From positions 1 through 31,707 of the IMG/VR virus record IMGVR_UViG_3300033232_000021: a DNA stretch of 31,707 bases; one strand, written 5' to 3'. Below, one piece after another: positions 6,815-15,922 of the stretch (positions are counted from its first letter, which is position 1; every line of letters starts with the position of its first letter). The notes below the pieces were generated by a model, which was not told the origin of the DNA, did no database searches, and worked only from the letters and a program-made list of their open reading frames with translations. The position numbers and the translations under genes were made by a program. The stretch comes from a virus.

Positions 6815-8244
6815 GCTACTTCGGTTTTTTCTTTTATACGCCTTTCAAAATAATCGGGGTACTTTTCTTTTTGTCCGCTTGTTCCATCTATATGCCACAC
6901 TCTATGTAAAGGAATGTAACAAGGCATGTATCCTTTTTCTCTAAAGTTCTTACTTGCCTCACTATCTTGGTTTCCGTGTTTGAATTGGTCTGTCCATCTA
7001 AAATCGTCATAAGCCTTACTACTAACAAATGCACACAACCCCCCTACGTGTTTAGTGACTTCTATAGAATAAGGACCGATAGTTGAATATCCAAGCCTTA
7101 TAGCACCACCGGGATTGTCAACAAGCCCTTCAGGATAGGGTGACATATAAAGCATGTGATTCCTTCGCCACAGGTCTACTAAAGACTCAAGCCAATGCTT
7201 TGTCATGAAAGCGCAGTCGTTATCTACCTTAATAATTACGTCATATCCAATTTTTTGTATCTTATCTAATAAATGGTTAGATGCTTTTGTTATACCTACG
7301 TTTGAGCCATTTAGATGAACGTATCTTGGTTTCACTTCGTCCATTAACCAATCCCCTGTTCCATCATCACTTCCCTGATCAAACACAAACCAATCAAACG
7401 GATACTTTGTGGAGTCTTTTAACGACTCGTACATTTGTTTAGTGTATTCAATTCTCCCATACGTTAGTGTAAATATAGCAACTCGTGGGTTTCTTTCGTG
7501 TGGGTTTTCACCCAAAAAGGGTCTAAAGATATAATCTCCAACAGGGTCAAATGGTGGTTTAAACATCATCATCTTATACATAGGGTCATACCACGACTCT
7601 ACCTCGGTTCTTTTTGACTGTGTGTCGCCTTCGTGAATGTAATATTTAGTAGCAACAATAGGAACACGTTTAAATCTTGCACCCCACTTCATTGCTCTTA
7701 TACAAAAGTTCCAATCAGTAAATCGTTTAACGCTCTCGTCCCAACCACCTATATTGAAAGCCACTTCCTTCTTGTGCATTATCTCTGATGTATCTATGAA
7801 ATTTCTATTAAGTAGAAACTGTCCGTCAAAATCCACTGCTATTGCCTGTGATAACTCGCCGTCAGGTTGAACAGTCATCATATCACAGTATGATACGTCT
7901 GCTTTATCTTTTTCTAATACATCTAAAAGTATCTCTAAATGATATGGGTAATATTCGTTATCATCGTCTAAATAGGCTATATACTTGCCTTTTGCTTCTT
8001 TTAAGGCTAAATTGAACGGTCTACAATGCGTTTTAGCGGGGTTATCTTCATTTTTGATATATCGTATCCTCTTATCTTTGAACCCCTTTATCACTTTTTC
8101 GGTGTCGTCTGTGCAGTTATCTGCAACTATTATGTATTCAAAATCATCTTCCGTTTGAGCCAACACTGATTTAATAGCTCTCGGTAATAGGTCCGCCCTA
8201 TTATGCGTGGCCGTGATAACGGAAATCTTAGGTGCTTGGTCCAT
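6811..8244 (-). CDS. Two-domain GT-A (family 2-like) glycosyltransferase (477 aa).
   Basis: Domain 1 has ISVITATHNRADLL...YIIVADNCTDDT...AYLDDDN (DxD). Domain 2 has VAIFTLTYGR...FVFDQGSDDGT...IKVDNDC. No TM segments. Confidence 0.85.
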   Translation of the reverse strand: MDQAPKISVITATHNRADLLPRAIKSVLAQTEDDFEYIIVADNCTDDTEKVIKGFKDKRIRYIKNEDNPAKTHCRPFNLALKEAKGKYIAYLDDDNEYYPYHLEILLDVLEKDKADVSYCDMMTVQPDGELSQAIAVDFDGQFLLNRNFIDTSEIMHKKEVAFNIGGWDESVKRFTDWNFCIRAMKWGARFKRVPIVATKYYIHEGDTQSKRTEVESWYDPMYKMMMFKPPFDPVGDYIFRPFLGENPHERNPRVAIFTLTYGRIEYTKQMYESLKDSTKYPFDWFVFDQGSDDGTGDWLMDEVKPRYVHLNGSNVGITKASNHLLDKIQKIGYDVIIKVDNDCAFMTKHWLESLVDLWRRNHMLYMSPYPEGLVDNPGGAIRLGYSTIGPYSIEVTKHVGGLCAFVSSKAYDDFRWTDQFKHGNQDSEASKNFREKGYMPCYIPLHRVWHIDGTSGQKEKYPDYFERRIKEKTEVA

Positions 8245-8599
8245 ATTGATCCCTTCCCGCTATACCCGATATCTCACTATCAGGATAGTCAATTCCATAC
8301 ACTAACATTGTTCTTTGTTTGTGATTAGTTACCCATCCGTAGTTACGCAGTAAATTAACAACTGTTTTTCTACCGCGCTTTCTTATAGGGCCTTGGACGT
8401 ACTTCATTGGGTCATCGGGGTCACGTAGCATAAACCTATACCCATTTAAATGTAGTTCCCCTTTTGAAAATCTACCAATATACCCCCCTTTACCGGATAT
8501 GCCTTTAAAAATTCCCTCCACATCCACAACACCTCTGTGTCGGATTGTGAGTTTAGGATTTATCTTTTTTAGCAGTTTTTGAAATCGTGCTATGGTCAT
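8228..8599 (-). CDS. Hypothetical basic protein (123 aa).
   Basis: ATG ORF that overlaps both neighbours. Confidence 0.5.
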   Translation of the reverse strand: MTIARFQKLLKKINPKLTIRHRGVVDVEGIFKGISGKGGYIGRFSKGELHLNGYRFMLRDPDDPMKYVQGPIRKRGRKTVVNLLRNYGWVTNHKQRTMLVYGIDYPDSEISGIAGRDQYGPST

Positions 8600-8891
8600 A
8601 ATATGCCATTATGTCGTCCTGTGCGACTACCACCCAACCATCTTTTTGAATCTCTGAGAATGTTTTTTTACCCGAAATAATATCTCTAACATCAAATACA
8701 TTTGCTGCGGAATACTCGGAATAAAACACTCCCTGTCCTTTTTCAAACTTAGTGTCTCCCTGATGAACTATCTCACCATAGAATAGGTTCTCTCCTGCTT
8801 TAAGTTGTCCTGCGATGATGATTCCTGAAGATGTTAGTTCTTCAATGTGTATGGGTTTAATTATTACACGATCTGTGTTTGGTATTACCAT
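8553..8891 (-). CDS. GroES/Cpn10-like co-chaperonin.
   Basis: From the ATG at 8891: MVIPNTDRVIIKPIHIEELTSSGIIIAG...GEIVHQGD...VVVAQDDIMAY. This parallels the GroES pattern (DRVIVK...T.GGI....GEVVAVG...SDILA). The track start at 8918 is a GTG inside a hairpin. Confidence 0.65.
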   Translation of the reverse strand: MVIPNTDRVIIKPIHIEELTSSGIIIAGQLKAGENLFYGEIVHQGDTKFEKGQGVFYSEYSAANVFDVRDIISGKKTFSEIQKDGWVVVAQDDIMAYYDHSTISKTAKKDKS

Positions 8892-8908
8892 GGTTAATAT
8901 TTTATCAC

Positions 8909-8938
8909 ATAAGCCCACCCTGTAAAGAGCGGGCTTAT
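8909..8938 (-). promoter_or_regulatory. Hairpin just downstream of the capsid gene. Possible attenuator or RNA-stability element.
   Basis: 8-bp stem ataagccc/gggcttat with a 14-nt loop. No clean U tract follows on the minus strand. Confidence 0.35.
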
Positions 8939-8948
8939 TGAACTGCGA

Positions 8949-9860
8949 CTACTGTGTAGCGCCTGTTTCGATTCTTGCACAGAAAGAGTCATTTAAGACT
9001 TTAACTGCGAAAGATGCCTTCCATCCTATGTCGCTGTATAGTCTAAGCGCACTTCTTGGTGAAGGACTATCAACGTAGGTTACCAAATTTTGCAATTTAG
9101 AAACACCGAAGAAGTCTTTACCCATGATATGTGTCTGATAGACGTTAGCAGATACGCAACCTGCATAAGTAAGTACAGGGGCTTTTTGAGTCATTACGAA
9201 ACGAGTTCCGAATATCTCTCCAGCTTCCCCATTGTAGACAGCATCTATTCCCTTCTCAGTGTAAATGTGAGCATTTACCCAATTAGAGTCACCCTGTAGG
9301 TCATAAATAACGTCAGGATGTGCTGTACCAACAAATTTTCCTTTAGTATGTGGTTGGGCTGCGAAGTTGTTCAAGGTTCTTAATGCTTTTCTAACATCAG
9401 ATACCTGAATAGCGTTTGCAGCAACAAGTGAATTTCTTGCAACTATTGAACCTTGTAGTTGCTGAGTACCTCCTGCAGTTAATGTGTTAGCGATGACTGT
9501 GTCTATTGATAGAGCAGCCTCATAAGCTAATACATCAATAACTTCTTTAATCAAGGTATCTATAGCGGTCAATTCAAGTAGGTCAGAAACCTGCTCAAAG
9601 TTACCGTATTGAGCTACGGTTGCAGAAATTAAGGTTGCAGAAAGTCCTGCGGGTGTAGGATCAAATGATTCAGATAGTGCTGTTTTAGCGGTTGGGTTTG
9701 TTAACCTGTTCCATACGACAGTCTTACCTTCATTAGCGGGGACTCTCCCTGCTGTTCCTAAACCCTCAAATACGAAGTTCTCTTCTGCTCTCATAAGGAA
9801 ACGCTTCTCATAGTAAGCAGCTACCGGTTGAGGCATTTGAGTTGTATGTGTTCTTGCCAT
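8949..9860 (-). CDS. Major capsid protein (HK97-fold type, 303 aa).
   Basis: Lies directly after the scaffold-like gene. Strong SD (GGGGGTGA). The pattern YYEKRFL...EGKTVVWNRL...ATVAQYGNFEQVSD is typical of small HK97-like capsid proteins. Confidence 0.8.
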   Translation of the reverse strand: MARTHTTQMPQPVAAYYEKRFLMRAEENFVFEGLGTAGRVPANEGKTVVWNRLTNPTAKTALSESFDPTPAGLSATLISATVAQYGNFEQVSDLLELTAIDTLIKEVIDVLAYEAALSIDTVIANTLTAGGTQQLQGSIVARNSLVAANAIQVSDVRKALRTLNNFAAQPHTKGKFVGTAHPDVIYDLQGDSNWVNAHIYTEKGIDAVYNGEAGEIFGTRFVMTQKAPVLTYAGCVSANVYQTHIMGKDFFGVSKLQNLVTYVDSPSPRSALRLYSDIGWKASFAVKVLNDSFCARIETGATQ

Positions 9861-9910
9861 TTTAAGTTTTCACCCCCATTCAAATAAAAGACTTTTTACA
9901 AGCCTCTTTA

Positions 9911-10801
9911 TTATCTGGAGAATTCTGACTCTAATGACTCAAGCTCATCTATGTTTTTGACTGAACGTAGTTTCTTTTCTAAAGAAGGGTTTTCGCTTAC
10001 GCTTTCACCCGACGGTCTAAATGCTTGTTCGCCCTCTTGTTTGTTAACAGTAGACCTAACTTCATCCGCACCTTCGGAACGACCCCTCTCTTTAATAGAC
10101 ATCCAATCGTCTACAAAAGCGTCAAAGCGGTAATATTTACCTTTCTTCCTGTATTCTTCAAATATGGGTTTATAGTAAGTAGCTACTTTTTCAGCTAAGT
10201 TGTTGTCGTACTTAGGTCCTGATTCAATATCATTGAGTTCAGGATAAGATGAACGTACTTTTTCAAGGTCAGACTTAAAGGCTTCGTAAATTGCTTTCTC
10301 CCGCCTCGTGTTTTCTCTTGTGTTTAATACTTGTTCAACAACATCCTTTGCTGCTAATGCAACGTGCTTCTTATATTCGTTAGGATTGATTGCTGGTTGT
10401 CCATTACTCCACGGTAAATTAGAGGGAGCAATAACACTATCGTCAATCTCAACATCTCCCATGGGGAAATCTTCCCCTAAGTTAATAACAGGTTCTTCCT
10501 TTTTAGGTTCAACCTTCTTTGACTCAAGCTCTTTTAGTCTTTGAGCCATATCTCTAAAGCGTTTTTGTGCTTTCTCAGATAATGAAGAGATCTCATTTTC
10601 GGTTAAATCTTCTGAAGGGTCATTGGCATCTCCTTCTTCTGACTTTTCCTCAATGTCCTTTTCTTCTGAAGTTGGCGAATCTTCGTCAGAGGCTTGTCCC
10701 TCTGACTGCTCTGAAGTTTCTTCCTCAGTGGAGTTTGCCAATTCTTCCTCCATCTTAGAAAGTTCCTCCTCGGCATTTACTGCCTTTTTTTGTTTTGGCA
10801 T
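9911..10801 (-). CDS. Scaffolding protein (acidic, coiled-coil, 296 aa).
   Basis: Very Glu/Asp/Ser-rich N-terminal half. Located between portal and capsid genes. Confidence 0.6.
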   Translation of the reverse strand: MPKQKKAVNAEEELSKMEEELANSTEEETSEQSEGQASDEDSPTSEEKDIEEKSEEGDANDPSEDLTENEISSLSEKAQKRFRDMAQRLKELESKKVEPKKEEPVINLGEDFPMGDVEIDDSVIAPSNLPWSNGQPAINPNEYKKHVALAAKDVVEQVLNTRENTRREKAIYEAFKSDLEKVRSSYPELNDIESGPKYDNNLAEKVATYYKPIFEEYRKKGKYYRFDAFVDDWMSIKERGRSEGADEVRSTVNKQEGEQAFRPSGESVSENPSLEKKLRSVKNIDELESLESEFSR

Positions 10802-10861
10802 ACTAAACCTTTCTACAACCCACGTTAATGGTCAGGGTGCTACCATAATTTAGTATATGGT

Positions 10862-11086
10862 TTATTCTATCACACTGTGTTTTCTTTTGACAAGGTTACC
10901 TTCAACTATATCAAACTTCTCAAAGTCAACAGGAACTGTATGTTGATACTTGCAGGAGGTACAAACCGCATAGGGTCCTTGCCATACAAGGTAGTGTTCT
11001 TTTTCAGGTTTAACCTCCGGCACGTCAAATACGTTTATTTCATTATCTCCCCAAAATTCTTTATCGTTACTTGATGGTAGACTCAT
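10862..11086 (-). CDS. Hypothetical protein (74 aa).
   Basis: ATG is preceded by AAGGGAA. Confidence 0.5.
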   Translation of the reverse strand: MSLPSSNDKEFWGDNEINVFDVPEVKPEKEHYLVWQGPYAVCTSCKYQHTVPVDFEKFDIVEGNLVKRKHSVIE

Positions 11087-11402
11087 TCTCTATTCCCTTA
11101 ATTTTCGCAACATTCTCTACCCTTGATATTATTTGGTCTGCAAACCTATTAACAAGATCAAGAGCCATAAACCTAAAACCTATCTCCTCTAAAGAAGCAG
11201 TAGTGTCCGCCTTCTTTCTTAGCTCTGAAGCAAGTGTTGACCTTTTAGTATTGATGTATCCTTTTAGATACTCCCACGCATCTGATTGAGATAGGCTTAA
11301 AAGCACATTATCTAAATCATCGCCGGGTTCAATTACTTCCTTGTGGTCATCTAATACACCGTGCATCCATTCAGGCATTGGCTTAATAGCTTCATTGTGC
11401 AT
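11067..11402 (-). CDS. Hypothetical protein (111 aa from ATG 11402).
   Basis: ATG at 11402 is preceded by GGGAGGTG at 6-nt spacing. The track start at 11411 is GTG. Confidence 0.55.
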   Translation of the reverse strand: MHNEAIKPMPEWMHGVLDDHKEVIEPGDDLDNVLLSLSQSDAWEYLKGYINTKRSTLASELRKKADTTASLEEIGFRFMALDLVNRFADQIISRVENVAKIKGIENESTIK

Positions 11403-13212
11403 AAGGTACACCTCCCATTCCTCCTAAAACTTCTTGAATCATTCCTTGTATCTGTGGGTCTGCTATATCCTCCGGCATTTGTTGTGGCATCTGAGGGGGC
11501 ATCTCTTGTGACATTTCGTCTGGTATAGACTCCAACGATTCTGCTTCGGGTTCTTTGTCTACTATTATGTTGTCCCAATCTCTCACGTTATATTTTAACC
11601 ATCTCTCAAATAACTCACCGATTCTTAGTTCCTTTCCTTCCATTGCTAATGATTCTAATACTTGAGGGCTTTCAAGGACTGATTTTAATACCGCTGTTAT
11701 TTTGTTCTGCTCTTCTTCAGGGTCTACCTGATAAGTTGATCCGGGTTCTAATACAAAGTCGTACTTGGTATCAAGCGAACCTTTCTTAATAGCAACTTGC
11801 CCTCTTTTACCTGAGTCAAACATCTCCACCACATCGGGGTATGTTTTTTCAATATCCTCTATCTCATCGCTGAATAATCTTATCTTGACGTTTTTTTCTT
11901 GCTTGGATGCTATTAAGGCAATCCATCTCTCGTATAGACTTTGAATGGTTTCGTCCATCATGAATAAGTCCCATTCGTCCCTTGCCTTTTGATTGAACAA
12001 CCTGTTCTCAATAGCACGTGGTGTTTTACCTAAGCTAAAGTCACTCTTTTGTGAAGTCATAACCTCTGTACTTCCCGCCTGATTAACAAGTGCGTTTGAC
12101 AAGAAACTATAAGTAGATTGGAACGTATCTAACCCTCTTGGGTTTACGTTCATAGGTTGAATATCTACGTTAGGGTTATCCATAAACCAAAACTCTCCCG
12201 CACCCCATTTAATTGATGATTTGACTACGTTGTCGGGATTAACGTGTAATGGGGGAAATATACTAAACTTCACGCCTTCCATGTACATGTTTATCAAACT
12301 GTTTATTGCGTACTGTAATGATTTACCTCTTGCAAACTCACCCAATCCAATAGGACTGTTCATTAAAGGTAGTGCGTCTTTTGATATCACGGGTAGCATG
12401 TAGTCAGGATATGGGTCATCTACTACTCTTAATACGTAAGGTCTTGATGTTTTAGAGTCTGCTCTCATAGGTGTCCATGTTATCCACTTATCCCTTCGGT
12501 ATTCGTGAACTATCTCTACTTTAGGAAACGATGCGTCCGATACTACGTCAGGAAATAGTGTTCTGTCTATAAAGGATGACTTATCCTGATCTACGTTTTC
12601 AAGGTCGCCACCTTTTTCTTCCAATTCTTTTATGAGGTCGTCTACATTCCATACATCTGGTGCTTCTTCTGCTCTTTTTTTAAGCCACGATACTGAAACC
12701 ATATCTCTTGCTTGAAACCAATCGGCATCATCTAACGAACATCCGGGTTGTGGGAATGAGTTTCTTATAGGAAGTAAATTAAGTTCTGGCCCAATGTAAC
12801 CTTTTTTCTTATCCACTCTCCAGGGAACTATTGCGAACATTGTTCCATATACCAGCGAATATAAATCCATCATTCTTAGTTTGGTTACAAACCTTCGCTG
12901 TTCGTTTGCTTTCTTACTGTAATAATCTAAAAACAAGTTCATCAAAAGTGTCTTGCCTATATCGTCCTTAGACGTAGCATAAGCCTTTCCTTTTGGTGAT
13001 TGCCCCATTACTCTTGCAGAGCGTTCGTACACTGTTGTTGAGAGTTTGGGGTCAAATATTTTGCCTTTACCTAACGCCTCTTTGTTTACCCCTATAAGCA
13101 TTGCCTCAAGTTCGTCCCACTCCTCTCTCCTATCACCAAGCCATGTCTTTGAGTCGGTGTAGTGTTGCTGAACGTCATCAAGGAGGGATTCTTTAAATTT
13201 TTCTTTTGCCAT
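11392..13212 (-). CDS. Portal protein (606 aa).
   Basis: Size and position are typical: downstream of terL and upstream of the scaffold and capsid genes. SD is TTAGGAGGAC. Confidence 0.8.
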   Translation of the reverse strand: MAKEKFKESLLDDVQQHYTDSKTWLGDRREEWDELEAMLIGVNKEALGKGKIFDPKLSTTVYERSARVMGQSPKGKAYATSKDDIGKTLLMNLFLDYYSKKANEQRRFVTKLRMMDLYSLVYGTMFAIVPWRVDKKKGYIGPELNLLPIRNSFPQPGCSLDDADWFQARDMVSVSWLKKRAEEAPDVWNVDDLIKELEEKGGDLENVDQDKSSFIDRTLFPDVVSDASFPKVEIVHEYRRDKWITWTPMRADSKTSRPYVLRVVDDPYPDYMLPVISKDALPLMNSPIGLGEFARGKSLQYAINSLINMYMEGVKFSIFPPLHVNPDNVVKSSIKWGAGEFWFMDNPNVDIQPMNVNPRGLDTFQSTYSFLSNALVNQAGSTEVMTSQKSDFSLGKTPRAIENRLFNQKARDEWDLFMMDETIQSLYERWIALIASKQEKNVKIRLFSDEIEDIEKTYPDVVEMFDSGKRGQVAIKKGSLDTKYDFVLEPGSTYQVDPEEEQNKITAVLKSVLESPQVLESLAMEGKELRIGELFERWLKYNVRDWDNIIVDKEPEAESLESIPDEMSQEMPPQMPQQMPEDIADPQIQGMIQEVLGGMGGVPYAQ

Positions 13213-13230
13213 AAGTCCTCCTAAATAAAT

Positions 13231-13461
13231 TTATTTATATACTATTCTATCACTTTTTGACACTACCATGTCGGTTACCTGTCCTTTGTGAATACGAATA
13301 TCAAACCTAACTATCCCCGCGTCAATGTTTCCGAGCCTGTCTAATATGTCTACGACAACCTTTGAGTTCTCCTCTAATATCCTTCGTGCCATAGTACCCA
13401 TTAGGTCGGGGTGTTCTTTTAGTATCTTTTCTAAATGTTCTTCGGCAGTTTTTTTATTCAT
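13231..13461 (-). CDS. Hypothetical protein (76 aa).
   Basis: ATGA overlap with the terL stop. Confidence 0.55.
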   Translation of the reverse strand: MNKKTAEEHLEKILKEHPDLMGTMARRILEENSKVVVDILDRLGNIDAGIVRFDIRIHKGQVTDMVVSKSDRIVYK

Positions 13462-14645
13462 AGTGTTTCTAAAATATCTTGGCGGGGAAATCCCTTCATC
13501 AAATCGGTATAGTGTTCCCTACCCATACTTCTACTTATTGAACTACTCATCCCATAACGTATCGCATCCATCAAGTGGTCATTAAGCTTAGTAGGTTCGT
13601 TTATTATTATACCCGACCTATCTGTTTGCCATAAATAATTACGATATTCCTTCAGTAAGTTGGTGCTTCGTTTGGTGACTGATATCCTCTGGTCCTGTAT
13701 GTACTGAATACCTTGTAAGACACTTCCCTGTCCTTTAACAGCACCTATTATATTAACACCATACCCCCTTATCTCGTCTATGCTCTTAGGTTCTGCGGAG
13801 TCTGCTACAACGAGTGTTCTTGGTAAGCTATTTAATATATCTGCTATCTGTCTGTTAGTTTGACCGTACTCGTAGGTAACCTCGTCAAACACATACCCCC
13901 CGTTATAATAATATATCGCTACTATTGCTGTGGGGTCGTTTGTGTACCCGAAATCAAGCCCATATCGTTCAAGTCTTGCCTCGTGTGGTATTTCGTCAAG
14001 CTGTTCCCAATCTGTATAGATTCTTCCCTTAGCCTCACCTAAAAGTCCCAACCCATATACACGCCACCAATTCTCGTTATGCTTACGCGATTCTATTGCA
14101 TCTTTTACTCTTGGATCTAATGCCTCGTTATCCTGATAAGTTAGTGTCACAAAATCTACGTCCTGATTAGGTACTACCTCTGTGTACCACCAGAACTCTG
14201 ATACCGGATTCCAGTCTAACCATATTATCTTGTTAGTACGTACCTCAAGCTGTGTATATACATCGTATGAGATGTTGTTCGCCTCGTTTATGAATAATAT
14301 GTCCCTTCTTGGTCCTCTTACCTTTCCGGGTTGGTCTGCACTAAAAAACTCAACCTTTGAACCTGTGGGAAATGTATATATGTAGTCGGTCTTGTTCCAA
14401 CTTTTAGGATTAAAGTATCCGTGTTCTTCCATTATTGTTAGAAAGTCCCTTATTGCACCTCTTTTTAAATGTGGGAATGTTTCTGATACTACGGATATGG
14501 TTTCGTTCTTCTGTGTCTGTGCGCGTTGAATAATCCACAACAGAATAGATATTGTCTTTGAGGCACTTGTTCCACCGGATACACCACGTATCCTTTTTTT
14601 TAACTCAAGTAGTTTTTTTGTTCCTGTTGTTTTTATAAAACTCAT
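13458..14645 (-). CDS. terL: Terminase large subunit (small PBSX/Terminase_3-like type, 395 aa).
   Basis: Walker A-like GGTSASKT. Walker B-like ILFINEA. Nuclease motifs GLDFGYTNDPTA, VVADSAEPKSI and HLMDAIRYG. Confidence 0.9.
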   Translation of the reverse strand: MSFIKTTGTKKLLELKKRIRGVSGGTSASKTISILLWIIQRAQTQKNETISVVSETFPHLKRGAIRDFLTIMEEHGYFNPKSWNKTDYIYTFPTGSKVEFFSADQPGKVRGPRRDILFINEANNISYDVYTQLEVRTNKIIWLDWNPVSEFWWYTEVVPNQDVDFVTLTYQDNEALDPRVKDAIESRKHNENWWRVYGLGLLGEAKGRIYTDWEQLDEIPHEARLERYGLDFGYTNDPTAIVAIYYYNGGYVFDEVTYEYGQTNRQIADILNSLPRTLVVADSAEPKSIDEIRGYGVNIIGAVKGQGSVLQGIQYIQDQRISVTKRSTNLLKEYRNYLWQTDRSGIIINEPTKLNDHLMDAIRYGMSSSISRSMGREHYTDLMKGFPRQDILETL

Positions 14646-15031
14646 TCAGCTTTATCTTCTCCAAGTATGGGAACGATGTTTATCTGCATGGCGTGTGTTG
14701 GTCCTTCTTGTGGATAATCACCAACCTTTTTAGTCATTAGTTCTAAATGGTTGTAGTTACCCTTCTCAGCATATTTCAAAGTTATCTGGTCAAGTTTCGG
14801 GATTATTCTTCTACGTTTCTTTGTATATTGCTCATAAAACCAATCCTCAAACCCCTCTACCTTTAACCACTTATACCAATTAGTTCTGTCGAGTCCACAC
14901 TCTGCTGAAACTTTGGCGGGGGAATCTGTTAAAAGCCTTACCGCAGCGTCAAGATATTCAATCATTCCTGCAGTAGGCTTAAAAATAACGACTTCTGTAG
15001 AATTTTGACGATTATCAATCTCCTTAGTCAT
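14642..15031 (-). CDS. Putative terminase small subunit (129 aa).
   Basis: Immediately upstream of terL and coupled to it by an ATGA overlap. HTH-like segment AKVSAECGLDRTNWYKWLK. Confidence 0.5.
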   Translation of the reverse strand: MTKEIDNRQNSTEVVIFKPTAGMIEYLDAAVRLLTDSPAKVSAECGLDRTNWYKWLKVEGFEDWFYEQYTKKRRRIIPKLDQITLKYAEKGNYNHLELMTKKVGDYPQEGPTHAMQINIVPILGEDKAE

Positions 15032-15206
15032 CTGATAAATTCTTTAAGTTGCTACTATGTATTCCGTTGGGACTTCTTCCACCTAAAAATGATACTGATC
15101 CTTTTGCTTCTGCCTTACCATTACATAGGGGACATTTGATAGTTTCTTTTTCCGCCGTTTTTTTAAAATATTCTTTACAGTTTAAGCAGTAGAATATGTA
15201 TTTCAT
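15024..15206 (-). CDS. Zn-ribbon protein (60 aa from ATG 15206).
   Basis: CLNC...CPLC cysteine pairs. The track start at 15215 is TTG. Confidence 0.55.
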   Translation of the reverse strand: MKYIFYCLNCKEYFKKTAEKETIKCPLCNGKAEAKGSVSFLGGRSPNGIHSSNLKNLSDD

Positions 15207-15208
15207 AA

Positions 15209-15346
15209 TTACCAAAAAATAATATCTATACCTTTGTTCTTTCTATTATACACTACTGCACATTTATGAGAACAGAACTGTTGCTTCCGGTTTTTGGGTT
15301 GAAACTCTTTTCCACATTGCTTACATTTCTTTTTTTCAAACGCCAT
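15209..15346 (-). CDS. Small Zn-ribbon-like protein (45 aa), not in the ORF track.
   Basis: GGAGAAAGG SD followed by ATG. Protein is MAFEKKKCKQCGKEFQPKNRKQQFCSHKCAVVYNRKNKGIDIIFW. Confidence 0.45.
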   Translation of the reverse strand: MAFEKKKCKQCGKEFQPKNRKQQFCSHKCAVVYNRKNKGIDIIFW

Positions 15347-15482
15347 ACTTACCTTTCTCCTTATGGACTTTCTTCATGTTTTTTCTGGCTTCTTTAGTCA
15401 TTGGTCGTGGTAAGTTATTAGGAGTTAGCAGTTCAATTATTTTCCACCACAACTCTTTGTACCATTTATCTTTAATCCTCAT
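15336..15482 (-). CDS. Small basic protein (48 aa), not in the ORF track.
   Basis: ATG at 15482 follows a G-rich stretch. Protein is MRIKDKWYKELWWKIIELL...KEKGKYGV. It overlaps the next ORF's start. Confidence 0.35.
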   Translation of the reverse strand: MRIKDKWYKELWWKIIELLTPNNLPRPMTKEARKNMKKVHKEKGKYGV

Positions 15483-15547
15483 CTTTTGAACCCCCCTTTA
15501 ATATATTTCCTTTTTTCATTTTATTCCTTTATATATCTCATATTACT

Positions 15548-15922
15548 TTAATTTTCTACAATTATATTTTTGATTTGGGAGTAGTTACACAATCCCCAAC
15601 CGAATCCCCTAACCCCCTCGTATTCAATAGTAACCAACTTTCTACTTTTACTTAAATCTCTTGCTTGTTCTGCTAACTCTTTATCATATTCATGTATACA
15701 ATATATATCCTCTTGTGAACTTGAATTGTCTGTCTTAAAGTATATTTCATAATTTTTTACAAAGAATCCCCGCTGGTCTACCGCAGTAACATATCCAGTA
15801 TGAGTACTTGGTCTTAATCCACTCAATCGAACAGAGCCTAATACAAAAATTAGACCTATCCCGAACATTAGTAAAAGTGTTCCTACAAGTATATAACCTA
15901 TTACTTCTTTTATTTTATTCAT
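15548..15922 (-). CDS. Membrane-anchored protein (N-terminal TM, 124 aa).
   Basis: Hydrophobic segment VIGYILVGTLLLMFGIGLIFVLG. ATGA overlap with the upstream ORF. Confidence 0.55.
   Translation of the reverse strand: MNKIKEVIGYILVGTLLLMFGIGLIFVLGSVRLSGLRPSTHTGYVTAVDQRGFFVKNYEIYFKTDNSSSQEDIYCIHEYDKELAEQARDLSKSRKLVTIEYEGVRGFGWGLCNYSQIKNIIVEN

Noticed and set aside
3591-8244. Reading the GT/methyltransferase island as DNA hypermodification or O-antigen seroconversion.
   Set aside because: There is no hydroxymethylase or other base-activating enzyme, and no DNA-methyltransferase motifs. There are no membrane GtrA/B-type proteins or flippase. These readings are not excluded, but they are less consistent with the gene content and the late-operon placement. 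They are kept as alternatives in the finding.
11351-11578. 75-aa Arg-rich ORF inside the portal gene's 3' end. The same applies to 26220-26429 inside the 650-aa tail gene.
   Set aside because: Both are alternative-frame ORFs nested in long, well-supported genes. They have no independent translation signals.
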